A stretch of DNA of 64,000 nucleotides from a bacterium (lineage in GTDB: Bacteria > Zixibacteria > MSB-5A5 > WJJR01): positions 11,693 through 75,692 of the forward strand of contig DATMBC010000103.1 in NCBI GenBank assembly GCA_035559435.1, in the 5' to 3' direction. Below are positions 35,933 to 46,155 of the stretch, piece after piece (the first letter of the stretch is position 1; every line of letters starts with the position of its first letter). The notes below the pieces were generated by a model that saw only the letters and a program-made list of their open reading frames with translations, ran no database searches and was not told the DNA's origin. The position numbers were made by a program, and so were the translations under genes.

Positions 35933-37162
35933 ATGATGACCGACACGATGCCGACCCTTGCCACGCCGGCTCCTTTTAAGTTCGAGCCGCATCACTTCTC
36001 GCCGGCCGCCTACAATCTCGAATCATCCGTCATTCGCGACATCCTCAAGCATTCAAGCCAGCCGGGTGTGATCTCGTTTGCCGGCGGACTGCCCGCGCCG
36101 GAGCTCTTTCCGGTGGAGGCGATCCGTGATGCGGTCGACCGGGTGCTCACCCGCTATGGCAGCCAGCCACTGCAATATGGTCTGTCGGCTGGATATGGCC
36201 CGCTGCGTGAGTGGATTGCCCAGCGTCTGACCAGGCAGGGCGGAGTCCATCTGACCGCCGAGAACATCCTGATCACCGCCGGTTCCCAGCAGGCGCTCGA
36301 CATTATCGGCCGCGCCTTTCTCAGCAAGGGCGACTATGTCCTCTGCTGTCGACCGACCTACCTCGGCGCTCTGCAGGCGTTTAATTTCTATGGCGTGAAG
36401 TATGCCTTGGTCGAAATGGACGAGCACGGGATGATGGTCGAGACCCTCGACCCGATCATCGAAAAGTACCGGCCGCGCTTCGTCTACACCGTGCCGACTT
36501 TCCAGAACCCGACCGGTATTTCCATGAGCTACGAGCGCCGCAAGCTCCTGGTCGCCAAGGCGCAGAAGTACAGTCTGCCGATCATCGACGACAATCCCTA
36601 CGGTGAGCTGCGCTACTCCGGCGAGCCGGTGCCGTCGATTAAGAACCTCGGCGGGCAGGCGGTCATTCAGCTGGGCACCTTCTCAAAGACCGTCAGCCCG
36701 GGGTTCCGTCTGGGCTGGATCGCCGCCTCGCGCCAGACCATGAGCGTCTTCGCGCGGGTCAAACAGGCAACCGACCTGCATACCAACGAATTCTCGCAAT
36801 ATGTGATCCATGAGTTCGTCCAAGAAGGACGTCTCGACCGCCACATCGAGATTCTGCGCCGCTCCTACAAGGAGCGTCTCGAGGCGATGCTGCGGGCGAT
36901 GAGCGAGTTCTTCCCGGACACGGTCAAGTGGACCCGTCCCGAGGGCGGACTGTTCCTCTGGGTGGTCATGCCCGAGCATGTCGACGCGGTCAAGATCCTG
37001 CCGCAGGCGATCGAGGAGAAGGTGGCGTTTGTCCCCGGCCAGCCCTTCCATCCGGATGGCTCGGGCAGGAATACGTTGCGGCTGAACTTCTCGAATTCGA
37101 GCGTGGCCGACATTCACGAAGGCGTCAAGCGGCTGGGACGGCTGTTCGCGTCGGTCCTGTAG
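35933..37162 (+). CDS. PLP-dependent aminotransferase, class I/II (2-aminoadipate / aromatic aminotransferase-like)
   Basis: 'FAGGLPAPELFP', 'ILITAGSQQALD', and the PLP-Lys region 'LGTFSKTVSPGFRLGWI'. Confidence 0.8.
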   Translation: MMTDTMPTLATPAPFKFEPHHFSPAAYNLESSVIRDILKHSSQPGVISFAGGLPAPELFPVEAIRDAVDRVLTRYGSQPLQYGLSAGYGPLREWIAQRLTRQGGVHLTAENILITAGSQQALDIIGRAFLSKGDYVLCCRPTYLGALQAFNFYGVKYALVEMDEHGMMVETLDPIIEKYRPRFVYTVPTFQNPTGISMSYERRKLLVAKAQKYSLPIIDDNPYGELRYSGEPVPSIKNLGGQAVIQLGTFSKTVSPGFRLGWIAASRQTMSVFARVKQATDLHTNEFSQYVIHEFVQEGRLDRHIEILRRSYKERLEAMLRAMSEFFPDTVKWTRPEGGLFLWVVMPEHVDAVKILPQAIEEKVAFVPGQPFHPDGSGRNTLRLNFSNSSVADIHEGVKRLGRLFASVL

Positions 37163-37328
37163 CCGAAATTGGGCGCAAACACGGCCCGACCGGGCACGTA
37201 ATTTGAGAAAGGCCGGTTTCCCGGCCGATGAGGAATCTGATGACGAACTGGCTCACCACTTGGTACTGGCGTTGGGAGGCATCCGTATAGGGTCGGTGGG
37301 CCGATTGACATCCATTTGCGCAAGTTCG

Positions 37329-37364
37329 AGAAGCCCGTCGACCCCGGCGGGCTTCTTCTTTTAT
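37329..37364 (+). terminator. Rho-independent terminator (10-bp stem plus a U-tract) about 170 nt downstream of the aminotransferase gene
   Basis: AGAAGCCCG-tcgaccccgg-CGGGCTTCT followed by TCTTTTAT. Confidence 0.5.
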
Positions 37365-37434
37365 CCGGCGGCAGTTCGCCGTTGTGGAGCGCGCGTTGCC
37401 AGCATACCGTACCCCGACCACGGAGACCGACATC

Positions 37435-38283
37435 ATGGCCAAGATACCGTTCATCAAGGTGGAGTCGCTGGGCAACGATTTCGTGCTGATCGAGCAGACG
37501 GGCGCCCGTGCCCGCTGGAACGCCGCGCGGGCGGCGGCCATCTGCGACCGCCGGCAGGGCGTCGGCGCCGATGGTCTCATTCTATTGGGGCCTGAGGGTC
37601 GTGGGGGCGTTCGCTTCCGACTCTTCAACGCCGACGGCTCGCCGGCCGAGTGGTCGGGCAATGGCGTTCGCGGGGTGGGCGCCTTCCTTGCGGCCAACAA
37701 CCCGCGGCGGCATGAGTTTCACCTCGAAACCCTCGTCGGCTGTGTGCGTGTCGGGGCCAAACGCCGCTCCGGCGGCGGGGTGATCGCCGACTTCACGCGG
37801 CCAATGCCCTCGGTGTCGCCGGTGCCATCGCGTCTGGCGCGTCCGGTGGCGGGGATGGCCGGACGCCACCTCGTTGCCGGTCCGGTGGCGGTCGATGCCG
37901 GAAATCCACACTGGGTCTTTCTGGTCAGTTCCTTCGACTATGACTGGTCGGCGATCGGCGCCGAATGCCAGCCGCTCAATCGCTCAACCGGCGGCATCAA
38001 TGTCGAGTTTGCGCGCGTGCACGGTCCCCGGCGGGTCGAACTGCGCATCTTCGAACGCGGCGTCGGGCCGACACCCTCCTCCGGGTCAGGCGCGCTGGCG
38101 GCGGTGGCCGCCGTCTGGTCGATGGAACAGATCAACCGCGCCGTTGATGTCATCTCGCCCGGCGGTACACAGAAAGCGCGCATCAGCGCCTCGGGGCAGA
38201 GTGTCACGCTTGCTGCCCCGGCACGGATCGTCATGGCCGGGGTCTGGTCCGATGGTCTCCCCACCCGCAGGAGCGCCCGTTAG
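37435..38283 (+). CDS. dapF: Diaminopimelate epimerase
   Basis: 'FIKVESLGNDFVLIE', 'GADGLILL', 'FRLFNADGSPAEWSGNGVRG', plus a second Cys-loop region 'HVELRIFERGVGPT..SGSGA'. Confidence 0.85.
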   Translation: MAKIPFIKVESLGNDFVLIEQTGARARWNAARAAAICDRRQGVGADGLILLGPEGRGGVRFRLFNADGSPAEWSGNGVRGVGAFLAANNPRRHEFHLETLVGCVRVGAKRRSGGGVIADFTRPMPSVSPVPSRLARPVAGMAGRHLVAGPVAVDAGNPHWVFLVSSFDYDWSAIGAECQPLNRSTGGINVEFARVHGPRRVELRIFERGVGPTPSSGSGALAAVAAVWSMEQINRAVDVISPGGTQKARISASGQSVTLAAPARIVMAGVWSDGLPTRRSAR

Positions 38284-39758
38284 TGGAATTCGCCGCCTTC
38301 CAACGCGCCTGGCGCCAATCGCCGATTGTGCAGATCGCCGAGGAAATCCCCGTCGATCTGCTCACGGCGGCGTCGGTCTTTCTGCGCCTGCGCGGCGATC
38401 GGGCACGCGCCGCGTTTCTGTTTGAGAGCGTCGAGGGTGGGGAGAATGTCGGCCGCTACTCGATCATCGGTGTCGATCCGGCGGAAACCTTGACGCTGGC
38501 TTCGACGGGATGCGTTCATCGTGCCGGCCAGCGAGTGTGGCGCGCTCCGATTGGTGAGTTTGGGCGTCTGCTGCGCTCCCGGCTGCCGGGCGGCGACGGC
38601 CGACAGGGACTCCCCGGCGATGCCGGACTCACCGGCGGCTGGATCGGTTATCTGGGTTATCCCTGCGCGCATCTGTTCGAACGCCTCCCCGCGCATGCCC
38701 CCGACCGTCTGGGACATCCCTGGGCGATGCTTGGACTCTATCGCCAGGTGGTGGTCTTCGATCATGCTCGTCAGACCGCGCGTCTGTGGGTGACCACAGG
38801 TCAGGCGCTGTGGCCTGATGCGACGGTCCGCGCCGCCTTCAACCATGCGCGACGCGCGGCCGCGCTGACGATCCGTCGGCTCAAGCGGCCATTGGCGATT
38901 GCCGAACTCGGTCAACCGCGCACTGTGCGCGCCCAGTCGAACACCACACCTGCGGCCTTCCGCGACGGAGTCCGGCGGCTCAAGAAACACATTGGCCGCG
39001 GGGATATCTTTCAGGGTGTTCTGTCGCAGCGATTCCATGTGCCCGGGGCGATCGATGCGTTTGCCGTCTATCGCCGGCTGCGCCGCAGCAATCCCTCGCC
39101 ATACATGTATTACCTGCGTTTCGGCGAGATTGCCATCGCCGGCTCTTCGCCGGAGACACTGGTGCAGAAACAGGGCGCGATGGTGACCACGCGACCCATC
39201 GCCGGGACACGTCCCCGTGGCGCCGATCCGGACGCCGACGGCAAACTCGAACGACAACTGCTCGCCTCGGTCAAGGAAAACGCCGAGCACATCATGCTGG
39301 TCGATCTGGGGCGCAACGATCTCGGGCGGGTGTGCCGGCCGGGCAGCGTCGCCACCACCCAGTTGCGCGCCATCGATCGATACTCGCATGTCATGCACAT
39401 GGTCTCGACCGTATCCGGTAAGGCCCGGCCGCGCGTCGATGCGCTCGATGTCCTCGCCGCCGCCTTTCCCGCCGGCACGGTGACCGGGGCGCCGAAGATC
39501 CGCGCCATGGAATTGATCGACGCCATCGAACCGGAACAGCGCGGTGTCTACGCCGGTTGCGTCGGCTACATCGACTGGCACGACAATCTCGACATGGCGA
39601 TCGCCATCCGTACCGCGGTCATCGACCGCAATGGCGGCCATGTGCAGGCGGGCGCCGGCATCGTCGCCGACAGCGATCCCGACCGCGAGTACCAGGAAAC
39701 CTGCAACAAAGCCGCCGCGCCGCTGGCCGCGCTGGGTGGTGTGATCGGGAGACACTGA
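38283..39758 (+). CDS. trpE: Anthranilate synthase component I
   Basis: Chorismate-binding motifs 'GDIFQGVLSQRF', 'NPSPYMYYL', 'PKIRAMELIDAIEPEQRGVYAGCVGYI'. Confidence 0.95.
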   Translation: MEFAAFQRAWRQSPIVQIAEEIPVDLLTAASVFLRLRGDRARAAFLFESVEGGENVGRYSIIGVDPAETLTLASTGCVHRAGQRVWRAPIGEFGRLLRSRLPGGDGRQGLPGDAGLTGGWIGYLGYPCAHLFERLPAHAPDRLGHPWAMLGLYRQVVVFDHARQTARLWVTTGQALWPDATVRAAFNHARRAAALTIRRLKRPLAIAELGQPRTVRAQSNTTPAAFRDGVRRLKKHIGRGDIFQGVLSQRFHVPGAIDAFAVYRRLRRSNPSPYMYYLRFGEIAIAGSSPETLVQKQGAMVTTRPIAGTRPRGADPDADGKLERQLLASVKENAEHIMLVDLGRNDLGRVCRPGSVATTQLRAIDRYSHVMHMVSTVSGKARPRVDALDVLAAAFPAGTVTGAPKIRAMELIDAIEPEQRGVYAGCVGYIDWHDNLDMAIAIRTAVIDRNGGHVQAGAGIVADSDPDREYQETCNKAAAPLAALGGVIGRH

Positions 39759-39761
39759 GCC

Positions 39762-40328
39762 GTGATCCTGCTGGTCGACAACTACGATTCCTTCACTTAC
39801 AACCTCTACCAGTACCTGGCGGAACTGGGCGCGAAAGTCGATGTGCGCCGCAACGACGCGGTCACCGTCACCGACATCCCGGGCCGGTATGAGGCCGTGG
39901 TGTTATCGCCCGGGCCGGGGCGTCCCACCGAGGCGGGCGTCACGCCGGCGATTGTGCGCGAGTTGTCCGGGCGGCTGCCGATTCTCGGCGTCTGTCTCGG
40001 GCATCAGGCGATCGGCGAGGTCTTCGGTGGGCGGATCGTGCGGGCGGGACGATTAATGCACGGGAAAACTTCCATGGTCCGTCACAACGGCGCGGGACTG
40101 TTTGCCGGGTTGCCCAATCCCTTTGAGGCGACGCGCTACCATTCGCTGGTCGTCGAACGCGACAGTTGCCCGGAGACGCTGGAGATCACCGCCGAAAGCG
40201 ACGATGGCGTGATCATGGGATTGCGCCATTGCACGCATCCGACCGTGGGTGTGCAGTTTCACCCGGAATCGATCCTCACCCGCGCGGGCAAGGACCTGTT
40301 GCGGAACTTTCTGGAAGGGCGACGCTGA
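39762..40328 (+). CDS. trpG: Anthranilate synthase component II (class-I glutamine amidotransferase)
   Basis: 'ILLVDNYDSFTYNL' and the catalytic 'GVCLGHQAIG' Cys, plus 'FHPES'. Confidence 0.9.
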   Translation: MILLVDNYDSFTYNLYQYLAELGAKVDVRRNDAVTVTDIPGRYEAVVLSPGPGRPTEAGVTPAIVRELSGRLPILGVCLGHQAIGEVFGGRIVRAGRLMHGKTSMVRHNGAGLFAGLPNPFEATRYHSLVVERDSCPETLEITAESDDGVIMGLRHCTHPTVGVQFHPESILTRAGKDLLRNFLEGRR

Positions 40329-41347
40329 TGCCGCTCAAGCGCTTCATCCAAGCCGCGGTGGCGGCGGAACATCTGGACAGCGCGCAGGCGCGCGAGGCGA
40401 TGTGGCATGTCATGCGCGGCGAGGCGACTCCGGCGCAGATCGCGGCATGGCTGGTCGCCCTGCGTCAGAAGCGCGAGACCATTGAGGAAATCGTCGGGTT
40501 TGCCACCGCCATGCGCGAGGCGATGACGCCGCTGGCGGCGGTCTCCGCTGACGCCATCGACACCTGCGGGACTGGCGGCGACGGCCTCGGCACATTCAAC
40601 ATCTCGACCGCCGCGGCGCTGATTGCCGCCGCCTGCGGCGTGCCGGTGGCCAAGCACGGCAACCGCGCCGTTTCGTCGCAATCCGGCTCGGCCGATGTGC
40701 TCGCCGCGCTGGGGTTTGAGATCGATCCCGGGCAGGAGGTGGTCGCGCAGGCGCTGGCGCGCACCGGCTTTGCCTTCATGTTCGCGCCGCGCTTTCACCC
40801 GGCGATGCGGCATGCCGCCGCGCCGCGGCGCGAGATCGGCGTGCGCACCGTCTTCAACATGCTTGGTCCGCTCTGCAACCCGGCGCGGGTCAAACGCCAG
40901 ATCGTCGGCGTGTTCGACCGCTCCCGCGCGCGCGAGATCGCCGCGGCGCTGGCGAGCTTGGGCGCCGAGCGCGCCCTCGTGATCTCCGGCCCCGATGGCG
41001 CCGATGAGATTCTGCCCACCGGCGAAAACCTGGTGGTTGAGTGGGATGGACGCGCGCTGGGCGAACATCATCTGCGTCCGGAAGACCTCGGCGTCGAGCC
41101 CTGCGACCTCGCCGCGCTGCATGGCGGTAGCGCCGAGGAAAACGCCGCGATCATCCGCGCCATCGCCGGGGGCAAGGATGGCGCGCGCGCCGATGCCGCC
41201 CTGGTCAACGCCGCCGCCGCGCTCTACGTCGCCGGGGAAGCCGCCACCCTGGTGGACGGCGTCGAACTGGCACGTGCGGCGATTCACGATGGCCGTGTCG
41301 CCGATCTGATTCGCAGAGCCGCCGACGCCAGTCGCAGGATTGGATAA
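40328..41347 (+). CDS. trpD: Anthranilate phosphoribosyltransferase
   Basis: 'DTCGTGGDGLGTFNISTAAALIAAACGVPVAKHGNRAVSS'. The ATG at 40328 overlaps the trpG stop (ATGA). Confidence 0.9.
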   Translation: MPLKRFIQAAVAAEHLDSAQAREAMWHVMRGEATPAQIAAWLVALRQKRETIEEIVGFATAMREAMTPLAAVSADAIDTCGTGGDGLGTFNISTAAALIAAACGVPVAKHGNRAVSSQSGSADVLAALGFEIDPGQEVVAQALARTGFAFMFAPRFHPAMRHAAAPRREIGVRTVFNMLGPLCNPARVKRQIVGVFDRSRAREIAAALASLGAERALVISGPDGADEILPTGENLVVEWDGRALGEHHLRPEDLGVEPCDLAALHGGSAEENAAIIRAIAGGKDGARADAALVNAAAALYVAGEAATLVDGVELARAAIHDGRVADLIRRAADASRRIG

Positions 41348-41352
41348 ACCCG

Positions 41353-42684
41353 ATGGCCGCCACGCGTCACAATGCCCCGCCCACACCTGATCTGGAACAG
41401 GACAATCGGGAGCGCATGCCGTTGCCGCGCACGTCGCGCTGGTTTGATGAGTATATCGACAACCTGCGCCGCATCTCGCCGGAATCCTGGTGGTTTCTGT
41501 TGGGCACGATGCTGGTATCGCTCTCGTGGCTGACGTTCATGCTGCTGTTTAATCTCTACATGAAGGAACGCGGCTACCCCGAAGGCGTCATGGGGCAGGT
41601 GCTCTCGGCGCAGTCCTTTGGCACCATGGCAATGGCGATTCCGGCGGCCTATCTGATCTCGCGTCTGTCGGCGCGCGCCGCGCTCGCCTGGTCCTCGGTC
41701 GGCGTGGCGATCGGCTTCACCTGGGTGACGCTGGTTGACGCCAAGGGCCTGATTATCGCCGCGGCGTTCATGGCCGGGATGATGCTCGCCTTCTCGCGCG
41801 TCTACAGTTCCCCGTTCCTGATGAAGTACACCACATCCGCGGAGCGCGCGATTGTCTTCTCGCTCAGTTTTGCCGCGTCGCTGGGCTCGGGACTGATTGC
41901 CCATCTCGGCGCGGGATCGCTCCATAAGCTGTTCACTGATCTGTCCGGCTCATCGGTGGAGGCCTACCGCTGGGTGCTCTGGTGCGGCGCGGGTTGCGGT
42001 CTGCTCGGGGCGCTGGCATTCACCCGACTGCCGTCGGGGATCCTCGCGCATCGCCGTCCCCGCGAGGAGTGGCGCCGCGCGATGAGGGCCAAGGGAGGCC
42101 TGTTCTTCCGTTTGGTCTTTCCGTCGTTTCTGGTTGGATTGGGCGCGGGATTGATTATTCCGTTTCTGAACATCTATTTCCGCGACCGTTTCGGATTGCC
42201 GACCCAGACCATCGGTGTCTACTACGCCATGGTGCAGGCCTCGATGATCGTCGGCGTCCTGCTGGGACCGGAACTGGCGCGGCGGTATGGAATGGTGCGG
42301 ACGATTGTGTGGAGCGAGATCGCCTCGCTGCCGTTCATGGCGGTGCTGGCGTTCACACAGAATCTGACCGCTGCCACGGTGGCGTTTCTGGCCCGCGGCG
42401 CGCTCATGAACCTGGGCGTGCCGATCTCCAACAACTACCTTATGGAGCGGGTCGGACCGGAAGACCGCGCCACCGCCAACAGTCTGTCGCTTCTGTCCTG
42501 GACTTCCTCCTGGGCGATCACCGCCGCCACCGGCGGCTGGATGATTGAGAAGTGGGGGTATGCGCCCCCGCTCTTGGCCGGTTGCGGCTTCTATGTCGTC
42601 TCGTCGCTTTCGTATTACCTCTTTTTCCGCAATGAGGACATTCACGCCGGACGCATGTCGCCCGGACTGGTCGATCCGGAGTGA
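41353..42684 (+). CDS. MFS transporter embedded in the trp operon
   Basis: About 12 TM segments and MFS loop motifs. It starts 6 nt after trpD and ends 11 nt before trpC. Confidence 0.8.
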   Translation: MAATRHNAPPTPDLEQDNRERMPLPRTSRWFDEYIDNLRRISPESWWFLLGTMLVSLSWLTFMLLFNLYMKERGYPEGVMGQVLSAQSFGTMAMAIPAAYLISRLSARAALAWSSVGVAIGFTWVTLVDAKGLIIAAAFMAGMMLAFSRVYSSPFLMKYTTSAERAIVFSLSFAASLGSGLIAHLGAGSLHKLFTDLSGSSVEAYRWVLWCGAGCGLLGALAFTRLPSGILAHRRPREEWRRAMRAKGGLFFRLVFPSFLVGLGAGLIIPFLNIYFRDRFGLPTQTIGVYYAMVQASMIVGVLLGPELARRYGMVRTIVWSEIASLPFMAVLAFTQNLTAATVAFLARGALMNLGVPISNNYLMERVGPEDRATANSLSLLSWTSSWAITAATGGWMIEKWGYAPPLLAGCGFYVVSSLSYYLFFRNEDIHAGRMSPGLVDPE

Positions 42685-42694
42685 TCCGCACACG

Positions 42695-43510
42695 ATGAAC
42701 ACCAGACCGCCAGAACCCGGAATCGGGCGTTTGTTCCTCGACAAGATCGTCGCGGCAACGCGTGCGCGTATCGCGCGTCTGCGCGTGGAAACGTCGTTGG
42801 CCGCGTTGGAGTCGCGGGCGCGGGCTCACAGCCCGAGTTCGCTGGCTGCTGCGCTAAAGGCATCTTCACCGGCGATCATCGCGGAAGTGAAGAAGGCGTC
42901 GCCTTCGCGCGGACTCTTCCGTTCGGACTTCGATCCACTGGCCCTGGCCGCATCGTACCATGAGGGCGGAGCGGCGGCGTTGTCGGTGGTCACCGAGCCC
43001 GAGTACTTTCAAGGCAGCGATCAATGGTTGACGCAGATCCGCGTGCGGACCGCGCTGCCGATCCTCCGCAAGGATTTCATCCTCGATCCCTTGCAGGTCG
43101 CGGAATCGGCGGCGCTCGGCGCCGACGCCATCCTGCTCATCGCGCGGCTGCTGTCGGCTGAACAGATGCGGGAACTTCAGGCGGCGGCCGGGCAGCTGCG
43201 GTTGGAGATCCTTTTCGAAGCCCACGACGAAGCCGACCTGGAAAAGATCGACGCGTGCGCGCCGGCATTGATCGGCATCAACGCGCGCAATCTCGACACC
43301 TTTGTCGTCGACACCGACCAGTTCGCGCGTCTGCGCGCAAAGCTGTCCGCGGACGCGATCGCGATTGCTGAAAGCGGACTGAGCACGCACGCGGATATCG
43401 CCGCCGCGCGGCGTCTCGGGTACGCCGGATTTCTCATCGGCGAGACGCTGGTGCGCGCCGCGGATCCGGCGGCGCTTCTGCGCCTGCTGCGCGATGGAGC
43501 GAGCGCATGA
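42695..43510 (+). CDS. trpC: Indole-3-glycerol phosphate synthase
   Basis: 'IIAEVKKASPSRG', 'ILRKDFILDPLQVAESAALGADAILLI', 'INARNLDTF'. Confidence 0.9.
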   Translation: MNTRPPEPGIGRLFLDKIVAATRARIARLRVETSLAALESRARAHSPSSLAAALKASSPAIIAEVKKASPSRGLFRSDFDPLALAASYHEGGAAALSVVTEPEYFQGSDQWLTQIRVRTALPILRKDFILDPLQVAESAALGADAILLIARLLSAEQMRELQAAAGQLRLEILFEAHDEADLEKIDACAPALIGINARNLDTFVVDTDQFARLRAKLSADAIAIAESGLSTHADIAAARRLGYAGFLIGETLVRAADPAALLRLLRDGASA

Positions 43511-44158
43511 ATCGCACGCTGGTGAAAATCTGCGGGCTGACCCGCCCGGAGGATGCCCATGCGGCCGCCGCCGCCGGCGCCGATGCGATCGGGCTGGTCC
43601 TCTGGCCGGGGAGCCGTCGCTATGTCGACCTGGCGCGGGCGGCAGAGATCCGCAAGTCGCTGCCTGCCGGAGTGCGCGCGATTGGCGTGTTCGTCGACGG
43701 AGACGCGGGAAGCATTCGCCGCGCTGCCGCCGCGGTCGGTCTGGATGGCGCGCAACTCTGCGGACGGCTCGTCGGCGATGGCTGGGCCGAGCTGGCGGCG
43801 GGTCTGACACTGATACGCGCCGTGGGAGTGAGCGCGGCACGTCCCATCGACGCCTCGCTGCGCCAGGCGTTCGTCGCCGATTACCTCGTCGACAACGGCT
43901 CGACCGGCGCGCACGGAGGCGCCGGCCTGGCCTACAATTGGACGTTGGCCGAACCGTTGAAATCCTGGGGGCGTGTCTGGCTGGCCGGCGGACTGACGCC
44001 CGACAATGTCGCCGACGCCATCCACGCGGCGCATCCCTACGCCGTCGATGTGTCGACGGGCGTGGAAAGCGCGCCCGGCATCAAGTCACCCGATCTGATC
44101 GCGGCTTTCGTCATGGCGGTGCGCCGCCTCGACCCGTCCTCAACCATGGATTCGACCG

Positions 44159-44169
<11 letters not shown>
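43507..44169 (+). CDS. trpF: Phosphoribosylanthranilate isomerase
   Basis: '[26 protein letters not shown]' and '[12 protein letters not shown]'. Confidence 0.85.
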
Positions 44170-45371
<1,202 letters not shown>

Positions 45372-45379
<8 letters not shown>

Positions 45380-46151
45380 TAGCAGCGCCCAAGCCCTCTT
45401 CGGCAGTGGCCGCCCGGTGGTGATCCCCTTTCTCACCGCCGGATTCCCCAGTCGCCGGACGTTCCTTGAGGCGGCTCAGATCGCGCACGCGGCAGGGGCG
45501 GCGGCGCTGGAAATCGGCATGCCCTTCTCCGATCCCCTCGCCGATGGTCCGGCAATCCAGCATTCGTCGCAAGGGGCGCTCGCCGCCGGGATGACCCTGG
45601 AAGGGGTTTTTGACCTGGCCGCGACTGTGCGCGCGCGTCTGCCGATCCCACTATTCCTGATGGGATACCTGAATCCGGTTCTGCGGCTGGGTATGGAACG
45701 GTTTGCACGAATGGCGAAGGCGGCGGGTGTCGCCGGGACGATCATCCCCGACTGTCCGGTCGAGGAAGCCGCCGCCTGGGTGCGCTGCTCGCGGCGACAG
45801 GACCTGGAGAACATCTTTTTGATCGCGCCGACTTCGTCGGAGGAACGCATACGACGTATTGATCGGCGATCCACTTCCTTCTCATATTGTGTGTCTGTCG
45901 CCGGCGTGACCGGCGCGCGCCGTGCGGTGACCCGCAGCACACGGGACTACCTGGCACGGGTCCGCCGGGTGGCGCAAAAGCCGTATGTGGTCGGCTTCGG
46001 GATTGCCCGGCCCGAGCACATCCGCGCCCTGCGCGGCCTGGCCGATGGATTTGTGGTCGGCTCGGCGTTGGTGCCGCTTCTGGAGGAGCGAAACTCCGGC
46101 TTGGTGAAAGCCGGACGGTTGATCAGGGGACTGGTCCGGGCCGCGGAATGA
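45372..46151 (+). CDS. trpA: Tryptophan synthase alpha chain
   Basis: 'IPFLTAGFP', '[18 protein letters not shown]', 'GFGIARPEH'. Confidence 0.9.
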
Positions 46152-46155
46152 CATC

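Noticed and set aside
38280-39755. 491-aa minus-strand ORF exactly mirroring trpE
   Set aside because: trpE has unambiguous family motifs. The mirror ORF is a shadow frame.
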